Part shown: piece by piece, positions 34,800 to 47,407 of the stretch
Layout of the letters: every line of letters begins with the position of its first letter
Position numbering within the stretch: position 1 is the first letter of the stretch
Assembly: GCA_010015585.1 (NCBI GenBank)
Contig: ML975149.1
Origin: Eremomyces bilateralis CBS 781.70
Taxonomy: Eukaryota
Length of the DNA stretch: 64,000 nt
Strand: one strand, 5' to 3'
Translations under genes and position numbers: made by a program
Notes under the pieces: model-generated
The model's database searches: none
What the model was told of the DNA's origin: nothing
What the model saw: only the letters and a program-made list of their open reading frames with translations

Positions 34800-36600
34800 C
34801 TCGCATGACTTGGAGCGAAGTGCTGATGGCAATATAAGGTAGATATCAGGTGGCTGCATAACTGCGATAGGGGAAGGACTGAGATTAATGGGGTGGCCAC
34901 AGTTACTCTCACACTGATAGATATCCAAATAATCAGTGTAATCGCCCGGAATTCGATATATGGTTGCTTCGATACACTGATACAACTGAAATGCTATGAT
35001 TTCAATCGACGAAAGTTCATGACTATGCATCATATCACATACGACCTTTACCAGCAGTCATGGAAAGGAAATCGATAAATCTAATACTCTCCTAGTATGG
35101 TGTATTTGCGAAAAGGGGCTCACTATGTGCAACCCAGTCTATCACGCGCCTCACCTCCCTGCATCATTAAAACTGCAAAATAACCTCAAGTGAAGAAAAT
35201 CAAGTGCGCCACAGTGTCGTATTCTTCTCCTGTCCTTGACAGCGGAACCAAACAGAGGCTGCAGTGTGTCGGATGCATACCAGAACCACCCAGTCGGTTC
35301 AGTCGACCATGCATTCGGTCCGTCAGATGACCGGTTCGACCCTCTGACCAACACCCTTGTCGAGGTTATCGGAAGGCAACCGGATAGGACGCATAAGATA
35401 TGCATATCAAAAACCTGTTTCATTGATGCTATTGGAGAGGAGAGAGAGGTGACGTACGAAGAAGTAAGGAATTAGATAGGGGTAAAGGGAGTTTTAGGGG
35501 TCAGGCCCGGCGATAGTGCATGATGCTATTCGCATGAACTGTGGATAATGATGAAAGGTTGTATTGCAAAAGCGACCGGGCTGAATGGTAACCCGGGTCT
35601 CACCATGCAGTTGAGAATTCCCCAAGTACCGATACCTTTGTCTATATCTCCACGACGACGTTGAATCTTTGGTAACCATATTTTGGGACTGGTACCGACT
35701 GGAACCACACTTCATGTTGACTGAATAGGAAGTGCATCGAACTGTCCTTGGAAGTAACATTCGTCTCACCCAAATACTTTCTAACATTGATTAGCAAATC
35801 ATATGGAAGAGACTAGGGAAATTGTGAGCTGATTGCTGCCACACTGAATAATCAATCGCCAAATATGGAGCAAACATAGCCGTCGCATCCGACATCAGGC
35901 AACAGAAGTGGAAGAGGTTCCGCCAAATTCGTTACACAGGGCTATTCAGATCCAAAAATGGCTAAATATCTAGTTCGTCTCAGGACCGAACACAAATATC
36001 ATTGAGCATGGTGATGATTTGCTGGGCGATGGTCAATACGCCGTGCAACGAAGCCCGTCGTGACTCAGATCTGACATTGATATTGTGCAGTGGGTGAAAT
36101 TGGAGGAAAGGTATTTCACCAATGACGAACGGAATACGCTCCGGCTTATTCACTGGTTGAGGACCTGGAAAAATAATTGAAGTAATCATTGGCATCGTCG
36201 ACAAGGCAAGCCCTGTAGGGGGTGCACATCCGATCCCCGCAATGTGGTGTGGGGGAAAGGGGGGGTGAAGCGATCGATCATCAATGGATCACCACTGACT
36301 CGACTCCGCTGGTGATCTCCAGCCAGACAAAGAAAACCGGCCATCAACCGAACCGACTAGTGTCATGGTCCATGAAACTAGAGACTACACAGTACTTAGT
36401 TCTGAGCCCTTAGGATAAGCCAATAGATCATGCCAAAAATCAACGCCTGTACGACGATATCGTGTAACAACATCCGCACATCTGCAGGACACTGTGTTGA
36501 TGCGATGCGATTTGTGGCTGTTGCACCTATCGGAACTGTTGTGGATCGATCCATCGATAGGAATATCTGGTTTGTTTCACATTCCAGTCTGAGTGAACGA
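34800..36600 (-). pseudogene. Possible highly decayed DHA1-type MFS transporter remnant
   Basis: Colinear minus-strand fragments PDIPIDGS (cf. DPENPxNWS), IASTQCPADVRMLLHD (cf. ASSMFAPGV), MVRPGLPFSPVAF (cf. VRPxxLxFSPIV) and PTGWFWYA (cf. PxGLFWYG), with many stops and frameshifts. By eye only. Confidence 0.25.
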
Positions 36601-39600
36601 TGACCGCCAGAAACCTGTTCGTATATTGACTTTTGCTCCAAGTACCACACGGAGGTGCTCGCCTCTTAATAACCCCTCCGATCTGCTGTCGTCTCCACCT
36701 TTCTTACTCTCTACTTACTGAGCATCGATTTGAACTCATAATGATTAGTTCATCGCGAAAGAGGAAATCCTGCCGGTAACGCCCTGGTTTCGCCCCGAGA
36801 TGGGCACTGTGTATAGCTAAGATGCAGACCGGAAGATGCCTTGAGAGTTGAAATGCATTGTCGATCCTCAACATGCGCCATGCTTCATGCTACTGGTCAA
36901 GCCATGAAAGCTGAGCGACTGGCTACCCGCCAGCAAGTACAGGGATCTCCCATCGACGGACTGCAGGACAACTGGTGTGTGTGGGCAAAATCCGGGTCCT
37001 TGCTGGTTGTTTGATCAATGCTTGCTGCCGTGCTGCCGTGCTGCCGTGCTGCGAGATCTTGCAAGGTGGATTGGTGGCCGGAAAGATCGTATGTGTACAA
37101 GTAACTCCAGAAAGTAGCATTTGAAATTCTACGCCGTTCAAAAATCTGATAGGACCGGCGGCGTATTCTCCGGGACTGAGATCAAATCTGATTTCTCGGA
37201 GACTTTAGCCAATGTCGCAACTGTCGAGCTGCCCTTGAGACAGTTGTCGTCTCTCACATTCCGATGACTGCCCTCTGGCGCTTGGATCGCTATCCATACG
37301 TGAATGGTCAGTTGGGGCCACTTTCCGCCCAAAGGTCAATATCAAACCCGATTTGTCTGGTCGTCATAAAGTGCACAACATATGCATTTCCCCCCATGAC
37401 CAGGTTACGATTGCCTCGTATCGTGAAGGGCACGCCATTGCTGGCCCTTGCGGTTTGTTAAAATCTCGGTTGAAGTGACACAATGGATAGTAATTGAAAA
37501 ACCGACAGAAGCCTCGCCAAAGTCATCGCTTGGATGGACCAATGGGACATTACCCCACTCCAGCCGTATATTAGATTCCGTATATTAATAGCATTTCATC
37601 CAAGCAGATTCACGGGGTTTGGACGTTAAACTCTGCCGACTCAGTCCATTCGGAGTGAATTGATCATCCAAACCTTGAAATTCGCACTGACGGGCACTGT
37701 ACCATTCCACTTGGTCAGCCTCGGTGGGATAGGCGGATCGACTGCTGCCTAGGGTATTTCTCAGAACAACAATCACGAATTTAAGACAACTGGAAACCGG
37801 AGGCGCGTGCCAAGATTTTGTTCATCTGGTCGATATCGCTGTATTCGAGCCGAAGGGTCTGAGTCAATGGCTGATTCCATGCAGCGTCGAGCAGTGGCTT
37901 TCCTGTTATCGGAACCCGGACGACTGCGCCTCACAGTACCTTGATGCATTCGAGTCAAGTTTCATCCTGGCATTGTTCAGGGCTCTTGTCGCTGTCTCGC
38001 CTCAATTCTCTGACATGGGGTTTCAATGCGGTGTACCGGCGGGCGCATGGCGATACTGCTGCAGCTGATCAGTGAGCACCTCAGGCCAGTCCCAATACCC
38101 GTAGCAGAGCGAGTGAATAACGCGGATTCGGACTGCTGAAAACCTCGCTTCGGACTTTCCGCCGAGGAGGGACCTTCAGCAAGGAACTACATCCTCAGTG
38201 TCGATCTGTAGCATGTTTATGTACTCCCTGCATATCGCCGCCGGAACCTGCGCCACATCGACTGTTTGCGGTGGCGATACTACGCAATATATTTGAACGG
38301 CACAGTCGAGCGAAGCTCAGAATCCGTTGCACTCGGGCAGTAGAACGGAGATGAGTGGACGGGAGAACATCTGCGCTAGGGAGAGCGGCCCAAGGACCCT
38401 AAGCTTGCATGAAGGTCATCCTGATGGACGAGCAGCAACAGTCGTTTGATTGGTTGCATGATCCTAGAATGTAGGTCATCCGTCCGTAGGCCTGATAGAG
38501 CGGCGGGGCGAATTAGAGAGGCAGAGAGCAGGACGGGGACGCAATTCAGTGCTTGACTTCTCGAGCACGGAAATGCGACCGATCAATCAGATGGAGAAAT
38601 GGGCCAGCCTGCCCCGCAGATGCGACCCGAGAATCTGGCTTTGTTTCTCTGGAATCCCTTGCGTTCGTCGATGCTGAAAGACGCCCGTTTGTTGATAGAA
38701 TGAGTTGCGAATCGCAGATTCGCAGCGCTTTGACCGCCCGTCCCGCAATGTCTCAGGTTATACGGTTCCTTCGCGGTCCATCGGTTCATGCGAGGCCAAG
38801 ACGGGAGGGAAAAATCGAAACCTTAAGACTTGAGAAGCTGAGTGGAGGAGCCAACGGCAACTGGTCAAAGCCACAGATGATGGTGATGCCACTTGCTAGG
38901 GAGTACGGTTGATGATTCCAGCCCATTCGGACACATTGAACATGCATTGCTGCTGACTGAGACGAGGCGTTCCGAGTTAGTTCGTACAAGATAGAAACTG
39001 TTGGTGAGCAATCAAATGTAATCAATTCTGACAATGGACCCACGATGCCGTTCAGTAACAATCAATTGCATATTGCAACGTACTGTACTTATTTCGGTTC
39101 GACTTCCAAGTCATTTCGATTTTTCAAAAAGTCGATATCTCAACTGGCATGGTCGCAACTCGCGTTCTGTGCTCTAGTTCCCCGCAGGTGGGCGATCGAT
39201 GGCGGCATGGCGCAGCGGCGGGCTCTGCCTCTGTCGAACCGGGAGTAGAACCTGTAGAAGCGATGGGCCGCTGCGGGATCCAAGCACCTGGGCATGCATG
39301 AGCCGATGCGAGTCTGCCGTATAATGGCCTCTAGCCTATGGGCCTCTGGGACTCTCCCCCGATTTGTGAATCTTTCATCCACGATCAAGGCACAATGTCC
39401 AAAAGCGCCATGCTGAGCTTTGACGGTTCGAGTTTGCGCCCACCGAGATACCCATGCCGTCTGCATCGTAGTCGTCGGCCGCGTGAATATCCAACGCCCC
39501 TATTAACTGGGTCCTAGGAGTCAGGATAGGGCTTCATCTGGTCGCGCGATGTCCAATCCAGCGAGGCCAAGACCTATTGACGGAGAAACATCTTGCGCTG

Positions 39601-41847
39601 CTACCAAAACCGGGCCCTAGTGATGCACCTAAGGAAGCTGCAAGCTGCAACGATTCCAGCAATCCGTCTACGTGATGGCGAAATTGCGCAGAAACGGACA
39701 AGCGTCTCCGCATGGGACATGGTGGCGTACTGCAGTCAGTCCATTATCAGAATATCAACCGCTCAAAATAATCAAATTGTCATCGTTCTCTAGGCAGACG
39801 AGGCCGTCCAGCGGAGCCTCCTGCCCGTTATCCAGCAGCGGCTCATCGCTTGTGGCGACCACTACCTGTCTCGGAGTGCGCTAGAGCTTCTTCGAGGCAT
39901 GGGCAGATCTCCAGCTCATGAAGATCTCGGGCTCACAAAGTCCGTTGAGGTCCGAAAAGGGAACGGTTTTCATTATAAAATGTTCACACAATTCACATAA
40001 GGAAATTCGGGCCGTGCTACTTCCTTCACGACTGGACCCCAATCCCCATTCGATGTGTCTCTCATGGCGCCATTCGCGAACATAAAACCGAATTGCGCGT
40101 CGAAGGATTAAGGTCTGAGGATCAGCTCGGCAGCCTAATGGTCGAATAATCAATGAATTCCCGAAATAAAGTGAATGGGGAAGGTTTACGATCGCATTTG
40201 GACTGGCGCCTTAGTGCGTGCAGGGTCAACCGAGTTGCCCGTCCATCCGCCGCGGTTGCGACTTGCAACTGGCGACTGGGGACTCGCGGGCGGACAGGAG
40301 CGAAGCCTTGAGTGACTTTGCAAATTCGCCACCCGCGGATAGCGGTCTTAGCGGAGGGACCAGGGGGTAAGGATTCTCCAATACTATCAGAGATCGCGAA
40401 CAAGGCTGCGGAAAAATCTGTAACCGACAAGAACTTCGAGTACGCGATTTCCGTAGCGCCGCTGGATTTCAAGACTGGCAAAGAGCGGTTGGAGACTTGA
40501 AAGATGTGCGCGTGACTTTCGTGACAACATGAATTGTCGGTGTAATTACCTGGAATGAATCGTGTGGAAGAATCAAACGAGGACAACATCATGGTTCCTC
40601 TGGCTGGCAATATCAAAGGCTTAAACCCGGACCAGGGAATTGATGCCATCTGGGGCTTCGGACGGCGGCTACGAGATACAAGTCCCGCCACCATACACGG
40701 TGATTGGAGGGATGACTAGTCGCGAGCCGAGAGAGTTCGATTTGGCAGACGAGAGACCAGACTGCCAGGTAGATGCCGGTCATGTCCAAACCGATTGGGA
40801 AGCTCAAGCAAAGACCACCGTGACTTGCAGAGTGAGCAGGGCTTCTGGATGGGGACCGACAGGATATTGCAGATAGGGAGGATCAGAAGACTCAGAACAA
40901 GGACAGAAGAGTCCGGAGAGGGGAGCAGCGGACTGCTCATTTTATATTCGAATGACTGACTGACTGACCGACATCGTCATACGTTCAATCACCACCAAAG
41001 ACTTCCTAGTTCCCGCCCCCAGTGCGGAGGACTCTAGCCTGGGGCCAGCCGCGGTGAGACATTTGGAAATGTTACAGTTCTCTTGTGCCTTGGAAGTTGG
41101 ATATTAATGTAGTACGGGAGATACTCTAGAGTCAAGAATAGGACGGGTAAGGGACCTTAGGAAATACCTTGAATGTGTACCCTGAATGTGTACCTGTACA
41201 GTAGTTTCATCACTGCAGATACCATATATTCCGTACTTATTCCTGTCATCCGCTGATATGTACAAGATGTACTCTGTACTACGTAGGTACCCGTACCGGT
41301 ACTTCATGATTCTGCGCCGCTTTTACTCTCGAGGATTGATCGTCTAGAAACATCCTGGTCCAATCGTACCTCTAATATCATTGTCGGCGAACGACGGTTT
41401 ACGAATCCGATATCAACCTGCATTCCCGCCCATTCTCCAAGGAAGCCTATTCACTATCCGGTCTTATTTGCATTTCCATTATTACTCCCACGCCCCAACC
41501 CCTCAATCCTGTCCTCCTGTCCTCCTGTCCTCACTACCATCTCTCCTCACATCGCATTCCTAGGAATTCCCAGGTGACGGTTTCGCTGTGCCTGCCCTTG
41601 CTTCCTACACCCGCCTTACAGAATCCTGCCGGTGAACTCCTGATGGAGAGACAACCATTGCTGAGAGCGTGAAACCTTATTGTCAGGTGAGTTGATCGAA
41701 GCGAACGTCCTATTCTTGGACCATCCGTTCGAAGATCCGAACTCTCTTCGTCTCCCGTCTCGCCTTCTGTTATTCTGGCCTCTGGATGGCCTGGGAACAC
41801 CCGCTGCCGCAGCTCATCACGCGCATCATCATCCAATCCATCAGAGA

Positions 41848-41883
41848 CAAGAACTGCACCAAGAACTGCACCAAGAACTGCAC
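41848..41883 (+). repeat. 12-bp tandem repeat x3 (caagaactgcac), followed by CCAT-rich low-complexity sequence upstream of the RSC7-like gene
   Basis: Read directly from the sequence. Confidence 0.9.
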
Positions 41884-42923
41884 CGCCTTCTGCGACCTGC
41901 GCGCCCATCCCATCCCTTGCCCCCTCCCTCCCTCCATCCATCCATCCCTCGTCCACTCCACCCTCCATCTCCCCTCCTCCATTCATCTGATCCCAATCAT
42001 CCATCCATTTGATAGAAGAGGCTCCTGGGCTTGCCTCTCTCTGTCCTATCCACTTTTTCCATCCTCCATCCAATATCATTTTCCGTCCACCCATCGTCGT
42101 CCATCTTGCCTTGCACCCGCTTGACCGGACCTGGTTGACCTGCGCCTTTCCCTTTTTCCTTGCCCTGCCTACCGCCGACCAACCTGCAACCAACAACCAG
42201 CAACCCACTTCGTCGCATACCCGCGAATGCTCGTCATTAGAGGGTGCGGGAGCGTCCGCTGACACGTTGTAGGGTCAACCAGCTGTTTCTTGTCCGGCTT
42301 CATCCTCCCGCGAATCATCGTGACTCGCTTCCGGCTGTGAAACGTTTTGCACATCTTTTCACCGCAACACCTTGCAGCTTGCAGCTCTTCCCGCCTTCCC
42401 GCACGCACCAACAGAGGCAGGCAATCGGTAAATCATCCAGGCGGTCCATTTCTTGTCGCATATTCGCATACTCGCATACTGGCATCCGATTCTTCCATGT
42501 ACCCAGACCGGCAGACACCCCGACAAATACCTTTAGACCTGAGATCTCACAGCTGCGCTTCATTGACTAGCACCGGACCCCTTCGCGACCGATCGTGATC
42601 CCGGATTGCGCAGAAGCCACTGACTGTACAGTGTGTTCCACCCCCGCTCCCTTGACCTTCCCGCCTCCCGGACCCGCTGGTCGCTGCGCTCGATACCTGC
42701 CAGATCCCGACTTCGACCACTCAAATCTCTTCGCATGTCGTCGGCCGTCACGACTGCACCTCAACGTCTTCCATTCCCGTTGACCATCCATCGTCGCCAA
42801 CGCCCGTCGCGTCGCTCGACCGACTTGTTAAGCTCCTCACCGCCTCCAGCCGCTTGAGCCGGACGGCGTGCCCTCGCTCGGAAACTGGATTCTCTACGAC
42901 AAAGCGTGCTCGTCGCCGGAGCC

Positions 42924-45270
42924 ATGTCGCATCCCGGCCCAATCAATGGCGGCTTGGGTCATGGCAGTATCGATGGATCTGGGACCATCAATCCCGCAGC
43001 GTTAAATGCGATAGGTACGATATGATATTTCTTATGATCTGCTATGTCGGTGCGCGCCTGCGATGCCCGGACCGTGCAATTGATGATGGGCTATGGTGTG
43101 CAATCGCGACCCGTCTTTCGTTACATCCGTCCGCGTGCATCCGCACCTGGCGAGAAATGTTGCTGACGTTGCGCTTTTCCTTTAGTTCCAGGTGTACCTC
43201 AAAGTGCGGTCTACGGTATGGCGCAACAATCAACCCCTCGAGGCATGAAACGAAGCCGCACCCCCGATGTTGGCGATGACCATGCGGTGGGCGCTGAAGC
43301 AGGTCGGTAGTCCCAAGAAGAGTTGTGTGACATAGTATCCGTGATGACGGCGACCTCCAAACATTCTATTTGTCTCGGCGCACTAACGTTTCTTTACGAT
43401 AGATGATTCTAAACCACGAAAAAGAGGTCGACCTCCAAAGGCCAAACTTTCAGACGCCTCGTCAACTGCGGTCCATGGACAAACGCCCATTCACCACCCG
43501 ATTCACACTCCTCGGACCGCCACCCAACAACTTCCTCAGACATCCCCTTCACATGCATCGCCGCCTCCGAAAGCGACTCCTACGAAGACCACCGTTGTCA
43601 AAGCGCTACCGACCGTTCGAGACCACACCACCGATCAGCTTAACGAAGAAGGCGACGAATACATACCGCGTGAGTTCGACGAAGCCGGCGAGAAGAAGAT
43701 TGCTCCCAACGGCGCGCCACTTGACGGACGCGAGTATCATTGTCGCACCTTCTACGTACCGAATCGGGGCGATAAGCTGTTTATGCTAGCCACCGAATGC
43801 GCTAGGGTTCTCGGATATCGCGACTCCTACCTGCTATTCAACAAGAATCGGTCCCTGTTCAAGATCATTGCTTCGCAGGCCGAGAAAGATGACCTGATCC
43901 AGCAGGAGGTTCTCCCGTATTCATACCGATCCCGTCAAATCGCCATCGTTACAGCACGGTCGATGTTCCGTCAGTTTGGCAGCCGATTGATCAAGAACGG
44001 TCGCCGCGTTCGGGATGATTACTGGGAGAGCAAGGCGAGAAAGCAAGGATTCACTGAGGAAGACGCCGCCGGAGAGAAACGACCGGGGGGTGCCAAAGCC
44101 AGAGAAGCCGCCGCTGCCGAAGCCAGTGGAGTTGCGCATTTAACGGCGCTTCCGCACGGAGAGATCATCTACAGCAACGGCCCCAATCCGTTCGAGCAGC
44201 AACCTGGCATGGGCGGACTTGCTGCCTCGTTGGCGCCTTTGCCAATGATCAATCCACTCGCCGACTTGCCACGAGGAGACTACGGCATTCAACGACCACG
44301 TCATGAGATTACAGGCACTCCCTATCAGGATCGCACGCAACCTAGCACAGCAACCGAGATTCTCAACCAAGCCGCGCAGACAGCCGAGTACAATAAGGTC
44401 ATCAACCAGCAGCGCACCAATCGGGGACAGTATCTTGAAGATATCTGGAAACGTCCGCACGATCCTCCTCAACAGCCACGTCCAGCAACTCCCGCCGAGC
44501 AGACCGCCGTCAGTCGTACTTCTCACGCCCTCCCCTCTCCGCAGATGGTGGTTGCTGGGACCATGCCGGGTGGCTCGTCGCAAACTCCTAATGCTCACCA
44601 TCGCGGCCAACAGCCTCCCATGATGGCCCCTTCGCCATACACGCAACCCACTCAACACCATCCCTCCATGGTCGCTCCATCACCGGTCCAAGGCATACCC
44701 CAACCCTCCCTCCGGCCGGATCAGCATCCTCATCCTCTCCAGCAGCAACACCGCTCCCCCAGCGTTGGCTCTTCTAGTGGCGCCAACGTCTCGTCCGCAC
44801 CCTCCCACGTTCAACAACCACAGTCGTCCTACACCGGATACCCACCCCACGCCAACCAGATATGGGGCCAACAGCCACCACAACCCGTCCCCTCTCCCCT
44901 CCAGCACCAAGCCTACGGCTACTCTCAGAACGTCCAACAACAATCCCCCCACCTCCAGCAACAATCCCCAATGCAGCCCCCCCAGCTGCCCCCCCAACAC
45001 CAAACCCCCAACATGCACGCCGCCGGGGCTCCCTCGCCCATGGGCTATCCAAGCATGCATCAGCACCAGGGCGGCATGGGCGGCCCGGCGCAGGGATACG
45101 CAAACCCGAGCCCCGTGCGAAACCCGCAGATGAACTTCCATCCGGGCCAGCCGCAGCAGCAGTTCATGCACCCGGGTTCGCCGGCGCAGGGAGGTGCGCA
45201 GGCGGGACAGGGAATGCATGGATGGACGGGACAGACGGGGCCGGCAGGCCAAAGTTGGCAGGGGTTCTGA
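42924..45270 (+). CDS. RSC/SWI-SNF chromatin-remodelling subunit Rsc7/Npl6/Swp82-like, with AT-hook and a Q/P-rich tail, 3 exons
   Basis: Exon 1 MSHPGP..TINPAALNAI, exon 2 PRGMKRSRTPD, exon 3 KRGRPPK, then GREYHCRTF..FMLATECARVLGYRDSYLLFNKN..ARSMFRQFG. Confidence 0.9.
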
Positions 45271-47407
45271 TTTCTGAAATCCGGGTAGTGTGAGACTGTG
45301 GTGTACATCAGATCGTCCAGTGGGAGGACGAAGGAGAACATGAAACGGCGTCGAGGAATGTTGCGGCGATGGGTCACGTGGAGCGGGATTTGTCAAAGGA
45401 AGTTGGGGATTTGGAAAGATTTGGAAGAAGGCGCGGAACTAAGCGTCATAAGACGCGACGATCCGATGCGACGATGAAGTCAAGAATGCGCTTGGTCTTA
45501 CTTTTTGCGCCGTGGTCTGATGATGGAGCATCACGACTGTGCAACCTGGTACCCGAGGAGGTTTTCTGTACCACCGATGTGGTGTGGAGAAGGGATCGTT
45601 GCCTCGTGGAGTTCTACCTTCGCATGTAGCATCCTGTCCACAAGTGCGACCATAGGTGCAACTGCGGTTCGGCCTACCCAGATCATCGTCACGCATGGCA
45701 GCGAAATGGAAGCATCGAGACCAAGGAGGGAGCGGAAGATGATTTGAGAAGATGCCGTTGTCGCTGGGGACCGCTTGAGAGAACCGCGTTACCCGGCAGC
45801 GAGAAGGACTGGGCGCAGTGGATCCGTCGAGGGATGATCAGTGGATTCTTTCCTTTGTTGAACTCTGCATGTTTGGGATGAGATGGCACGGGGCTACACG
45901 CTCGCTGGGAACTCGCTCATTAGCACATCTGCTTCGGTCGTTCAATACCCCCTTCCGCTTTTACGTTTGCTGGGCTCGGCGGAGGATTATACGGGGGCAA
46001 GTTTTCGAGCATTCGCATGGTATAGCTATCTTTGGGTTTCGGTTTTGTTTCCTGTTTTCCATCTATCTGTCTCCTCGTAGATTCCCTGCTGTTTAATTTC
46101 TATTTCTATTTAATCTCCTGTTTCTTCTCGATTCCGTTTGACATCAATACACCTGGATGTTCAAGATACCAGCTCTCACCTCAGCACACACACGCACACA
46201 CTCTGCTTCTAGCTATGCTCCTGTTGCGCTTTTAATCTTATTTTCTGCACGTTCGGCCACCTACCTACTCCTATCGAAGTGGCAACACATAACATGACGA
46301 TGAACGACGGTGCTAAGACCGACACGTAAACACGAGCGGACAGCGACTGGTTTGCGTGGGAGTCTAATCCTATTATCGTTTCCCCCATTTGCACCACGGC
46401 ATTTGTGAGGTCTCGTTGGTCGGTTCATGTCAGCGTTGCGACAGCGTGCACCACACCCTCACATACACACGCATTGGCGAGTTTGTTTGCGGTTTGCATG
46501 ATAGGGAAGCATTTCTGTTTGGCGCAGGAAACACGGGGTTGAGTTTTCGACTTCTGGCAATGCGGTACAGACGTGAGCACACCTGATTGGGCACAGTTTC
46601 CAGTCGGTGGCATTGGAACGGGTGAGAGGCGGGGAGGATTTCGTTGGTTTCTGTCAGAACTTTTCATATTCCTCCATCGCTCTTGTCAGGTGGAACTTTC
46701 TCATTTTTGGCATTGGGGGTTGGTCTCATCGGGGGACTTTGATGGTGGCACAGTGCATTGTCGTTGCATGTGGGCCTCCGGCATCGATGACCGGTGGGAG
46801 TGATATTATAATTATGTCGAGGCAAAGATGGGAGGGCGGTTTCTAGCGGTTAATGGGGTACTTTTTCTAGTATATAATATTTCTTGCCGGTTTTCATCTT
46901 GGACAATCTTGTCATCTTTCGTGAATGAGGATCGTTTGAACGGGATATCCCACAGTATAAATACTGACATTCTGTTTCTGCCAATGCCTGTGCATTATGA
47001 GAGTCATCTCCCGCTCCGATAAGGCCACATACCTATCAGGAAGTGGTCTTGTGGTGCGTAAGGGATGGCGAGTTAGGTATTTCTACATGTAACAACGATA
47101 TCGATATGGCCAAGCTGGCTTCATGTGATTGGTCAGTGCAGTTTCGGGCCGATGTGTCAAAAGTTGAGCTTCACACAACCACTCCCTACATCAATTTCAA
47201 GCTTTCATATGCACGTAGCCTACCTCCGGACACGTCTTACCCTTGGTTTCTCATTTTCTAATTCGCTCCCATTCAATTGACTACCGACATGGAGCACCTT
47301 ATCCGTTGATTCCATCCAAAACACCCATCCTTCGATTGACTTAGGTGTCGTTGACTGAGCAGTGAGCACACGACTTGGACGGGAGGTCAAGCTGAGCGAC
47401 AGCCATC

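Noticed and set aside
35037..35046. ACATACGACC, resembling the 5' end of fungal 5S rRNA
   Set aside because: The match stops after 10 bp and no internal 5S sequence follows.
41534..42265. 243-aa minus ORF
   Set aside because: Non-ATG start; it is the translation of low-complexity CCAT and 12-bp repeat sequence upstream of the RSC7-like gene.
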